A DNA stretch of 64,000 nucleotides from Eledone cirrhosa (lineage: Eukaryota), in the NCBI GenBank assembly GCA_964016885.1, contig OZ024743.1, positions 30,504,001-30,568,000 on the forward strand. Direction: 5' to 3'. Each line of letters begins with the position of its first letter. Position 1 is the stretch's first letter. This document shows, one piece after another, positions 57,279 through 64,000 of the stretch. Below the pieces are notes generated by a model. That model made no database searches and had not been told where the DNA came from. It worked only from the letters and a program-made list of their open reading frames with translations. The translations under genes and the position numbers were made by a program.

Positions 57279-58380
57279 ATGGAAAAAATGAGACGAAATT
57301 TCATTTCTCACTCTTAGTACGGCTGTTACTTAAATATAAGTATGTATACGTACATACATATATGTATACATACATAGAGTAGTATGTATATATATATATA
57401 TTCATACAGGCACAAATATATACATATGTACGTATGGGTTTACCGAACAATTATTTTCATATTCGGTTTGTTTGTAAACAAACAGCCCGAATTAAGCCGT
57501 ACAGTGTTCGGCAACCATCGTTGCCCTTTTGTTCAACACTGATAAAGGAACAATGTACTAGTTTCAAGCTTATTAGCTATCGTCAGCACCATATACCTTC
57601 CTGCCAGATGATTGAATGTCTGAAAGTATATACTTTCCTTATGCATATTAACGATTGAGCAGTTAATTTGCATATCGAGTGAGTTAATCGGCCGGGCGCA
57701 CCGAAATTGATAGATGGAAAAATGAAACGAAATTTCATTTATCACTCTTAGTACGGCTGTTACTTAAACATAAGTATGTATACGTAAATACATATATATT
57801 TACAGACATACAGTAGTATGTATATATATATACATACATGCACACATATATATATATATATATGTACGTATGGATTTACCGAGCATTTATTATAATACAC
57901 GGTTTGTTTATAAACAAACAGCCCGAATTAAGCCGTACAGTGTTTAGCAACCATCGTTGACATTTTGTTCAACACTGACAAAGGAACGATGTACTAGTTT
58001 CAAGCTTATTAGCTATCGGCAGCACCGTATACCTTCCTGCCAGATGATTGAACGTCTGAAAGTATATACTTTCCTTATGCATATTAACGGATGAGCAGCC
58101 TGATTTGCATATGGAGGGAGTTAATCGGCCGAGCGCACCGGTGACGATAAATGGAAACAAATAAACTCTTCTGGCAGGAAGGTATACGGTGCTGACGATA
58201 GCTAATCAACTTGAAACTAGTACCACGTTCCTTTGTCAGTGTTGAACAAAAAAGCAACGATGGTTGCTAAACACTATACGGCTTAATACGGGATGTTTGT
58301 TTACAAACGAACCGAGCATTATAATAAATGATCGGTAAATCCATACGTACACATATATATATGTGTGCATGTATGTATAT
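57279..58380. mobile_element. Retrozyme-like repeat locus D: two tandem units on minus (57279-58165), inverted partial unit on plus (58169-58380)
   Basis: CTCTTAGTACGGCTG at 57311 and 57745 (434 bp); hammerheads at 57550-57592 (-, intact), 57986-58028 (-, A6C), 58186-58228 (+). Confidence 0.92.
57550..57592 (-). ncRNA. Minimal type I hammerhead (intact)
   Basis: ATGGTG-CTGACGA-TAGCT-AATA-AGCTT-GAAA-CTAG-TA-CATTGT. Confidence 0.9.
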
Positions 58381-58404
58381 ATATATATATATATATATAC
58401 ATGT

Positions 58405-58485
<81 letters not shown>

Positions 58486-58627
58486 TCTCTTTATATATAT
58501 ATATATATAAATATAATATATATATATATATTATATATATAATATATATATATATAATATAATATATATATAATATATATAATATATATATATATATATT
58601 ATATTATATATATATATATAATATATA

Positions 58628-58678
<51 letters not shown>

Positions 58679-58682
58679 ATTA

Positions 58683-59050
<368 letters not shown>

Positions 59051-59079
59051 GTATGTATTATATATATATATATATATTG

Positions 59080-60446
<1,367 letters not shown>

Positions 60447-60450
<4 letters not shown>

Positions 60451-61262
60451 GGAAAAGAATGAAACTAAATTTCATTTATCACTCTTAGTACGGTTGATAC
60501 ACGATATGCAAATTAAGCTGCTCAACCGTTAATATGCATAAGGAAATTATATACTTTCAGAGGTTCTATCACCTGACAGGAAGGAATACGATGCTGACGA
60601 TAGCTAATAAACTTGAAACTAGTACATTGTTCCCGTGTCAGTGATGAACAAAAAGGCGACGTTGATTGCCTCAACACTGTACGGCGTAATTCGGGCTGTT
60701 TGTTTACAAACAAACCGAACATTATAATACATGTTCGGTAGACCCATACGTACATATATATATGTGTGCGTGTATGTATATATATACATACTAATGTACG
60801 TCTGTATACATATATGTATGTACGTATACACACATACTTATATTTAAGTAACAGCCGTACTAAGAGTGAGAGATGAAATCTCGTTTCATTATTTTCCATT
60901 CATCGTTTTCGGTGCTCCCGGCCGATTAACTCACTCGATATGCAAATTAGGCTGATCTGCCATTAATATGCATAAGGAAATTTATACTTTCAGACCTTCA
61001 ATCATCTGACAGGAATGTATACGATGCTGACGATAGCTAATAAGCTTGAAAATAGTATATCGTTCCTGTGTCACAAAAAGGCAACGATGGTTGCCTGGAC
61101 ACTGTACGGCGTAATTCGGGGTGTTTTTTTTACAAACAAACCGAAAATCATAATAAATGCTCGGTAAACCCATACGTACTTATATATATGTGTGCATGTA
61201 TGTATATATATACATACTACTGTACGTCTGTATACATATATGTATGTACGTATACATACATA

Positions 61263-61268
<6 letters not shown>
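60447..61268 (+). mobile_element. Retrozyme-like repeat locus E: short inverted 5' piece (60447-60500) + ~1.8 tandem units
   Basis: Hammerheads at 60588-60630 and 61021-61063, cleavage sites 433 nt apart; (TA)n on both sides. Confidence 0.92.
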
Positions 61269-61322
<54 letters not shown>

Positions 61323-61402
61323 GTGTGTGTGTGCGCGCGCGCGTTTACAAAGTGCGATACATATAGATATACAGAAAGTTATATATATAGATAGATAGAT
61401 GC

Positions 61403-61445
<43 letters not shown>

Positions 61446-61649
61446 GAGTGAGAGAGAGAGAGAGAAAGCGATTGTGTGTGTGTGTGTGTACGCGTGTATG
61501 TTTATGAATGTGAGTTTGTGATTGTGTGCATATATCGTCATAGGTAATCTATCGTTTTTCTGTTTTGTTTATCTCAAAATAGATAACTAAATATAGATGC
61601 ATAGCGACAATATTAAAGAAACAATTCAATTCATAATTGCGTAGGTGTA

Positions 61650-62200
61650 AACAATTTAGATTAATTTAGAGGTGGAATATAAAAAATAATATAATGTTTG
61701 TACATGGAGGATTTATTTGACAAAGCACGTAAATGAACATTGAAATATATGTATATATTGGCGAATCTATTAATGAGATAATCCATGCGTCAATGTGCTC
61801 TTAACCGTTTATGGAATCGTAGGGACGTGAGAGTGTCTTAGACTTTGAATCCTGTCGGAACTGATCTCGTTCGAGATTTTAACAGTCTATTTCCTTCAGA
61901 GGAAACGACAGAAAAAGATTGATAGAGAACCACAGAGAGAAAGAGATAGAGAGGTTGGGTAAAAAGAGAAATACCAGGTTGGCCATATTTACTGACTTTG
62001 AAAGTATGAAATCAATCAGGAGGATTTGCACCGAATGTGCAGAGCGCCGGCATGCTGACTACTATGGAGTCTACTATGCACGTTCGAACGTCTTTCCCAT
62101 TGCATTGGTCATATATGTGACACATATAACATCAAAAACAAATACGTGGTAATGGGTGGAAATATATAAATGCAAAGTGTAATATATTAGATGATTGCAC
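61650..62200 (+). pseudogene. Possible further Cys-loop receptor relic
   Basis: ERRHADYY...NVFPIALVI (pre-TM1-like) in ORF 61919..62152; weak. Confidence 0.2.
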
Positions 62201-62365
62201 ATTATTCATGTAGGCATGCAGTTTTTTGTACATTGTTTTTCGAGCATGTGTAATTAAATATTTAGATATATCTTTGACATTTCCAAATATAGATTAATAC
62301 AGATATGATAATCCACGTTACAACACAAATATCACAAACACGCTTGTATATATAAACATATATAC

Positions 62366-62484
<119 letters not shown>

Positions 62485-62576
62485 GGTGTGTATGTGTGTG
62501 TATGTGTGTTTGTGTGTGTTGTGTGTGTGTGTTTGTGCGCGTTTGTGTGTGTATGTGTGTGCGTATATATATATAA

Positions 62577-62720
<144 letters not shown>

Positions 62721-62776
62721 GCATATATATCTTATGCACATATATAGGCGCATAGGCATTCACACACATATACACA

Positions 62777-62823
<47 letters not shown>

Positions 62824-62835
62824 GAAGAGAGAGTG

Positions 62836-62949
<114 letters not shown>

Positions 62950-63449
62950 CATACATATTTGTTTGCATACCTCTGCATTTGTGCGAGTATATCTGTCACT
63001 CGTAGATATTTATCAGTAACAGAGTCGAAAGTTATTAAAAAAATATGCGTATTCAAACTAAACTAACATGCCACATAAAAATATTATACATTGGTAGTTG
63101 CACAAATATTTCTGTATACATTTATCTTCATTAAATGAATATGCATCTTTAATTTCAATAACCCCTGCCCTTTATGTAATATAGGGCGTTCTTCTGTTAG
63201 TTAATGCGATCTAAAAAGTCTAAAAACTAAGTGTTGTACCTTATTTTCCATATGTAACATGATTTTTTCCTTTTAATGTCTGTTCCATGGACTACTTGGA
63301 TGATCACATTAACATATGATTACTGCTATGATATGTGTTTGGATGATATTCACTAGATTTCATATCCTTTTGAAGAAACAGTGTCTACAACTGATCCGCC
63401 CAGGAATTTCTCAGAGAAAAGGTGTCTGGATATATATATATATATATAA

Positions 63450-63722
63450 AGATGAAAAAATGAAAGAATCCTAGAAACACACAATATCCTTTAAATTAAA
63501 GGCAACCCACTAAACCCACTAAAACACATTTTCACTGCAACAAATATACCCACACCAATCTCCGGTCCTACGGTAACAAAATGCGGGAGAACAAACTGTA
63601 GCACATGCCTAGACTCATTTGAAGGAAAAAAATCACATTTAAAGATGGCCAAACGTTTACAGTGAAAAACAACTTCACTTGCAACTCAGAGAACCTGATC
63701 TACGTAATCACATGCGGTGGAT
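63450..63722 (+). mobile_element. Penelope-like fragment (Cys-rich linker + start of GIY-YIG)
   Basis: KCGRTNCSTC...NNFTCNSENLIYVITCGG. Confidence 0.7.
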
Positions 63723-64000
63723 ATTGACATAACAACATAGATATAGCGAATGGCTGAAGTAATAGGTGCATACCGATTTTTAAAACATGTATCACTCCAC
63801 GGCAATATAAAAATATGGTATATAAATCTACAAGGCCTACGCATTCGGTGTTTATTTTATTGAACATAGTATATTTAACTTTCTGCCATAGGAAGAATTG
63901 AAGTACACTATAGAACACTAATAATTCAAAGTATGACCTTTTGTAAAAATTTACTTTATTCTTCAGGAAATGAATATTTTCTAATAATTTGATATGCCTA

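Overview
AT-rich eukaryotic (animal) DNA with very dense (TA)n/(CA)n/(GA)n microsatellites. The SINE family and repeat make-up suggest an octopod cephalopod (inference). I found no intact host protein-coding gene, and most ORFs in the track are microsatellite translations. Four layers are visible. (1) A ~434-nt non-coding repeat occurs at four loci as tandem and/or inverted copies in or beside (TA)n. Each unit carries a minimal type I hammerhead ribozyme (ACGGTG-CTGACGA-TAGCT-AATA-AGCTT-GAAA-CTAG-TA-CATCGT), making it a candidate non-LTR retrozyme / circRNA family. (2) Several Penelope-like elements (RT + GIY-YIG) and many hairpin remnants of their pLTRs carry at least five further hammerhead variants, including a U3-A8 core variant. 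(3) About a dozen heavily decayed, apparently intronless Cys-loop receptor (nAChR-like / chemotactile-receptor-like) gene relics lie on both strands. These were recognised only by eye, with moderate confidence. (4) Ordinary TEs: a head-to-tail stack of three Tx1-like LINEs, a mariner, a deleted Helitron, RTE and R4/Dong fragments, and tRNA-derived SINEs. All calls come from manual reading; no searches were run.
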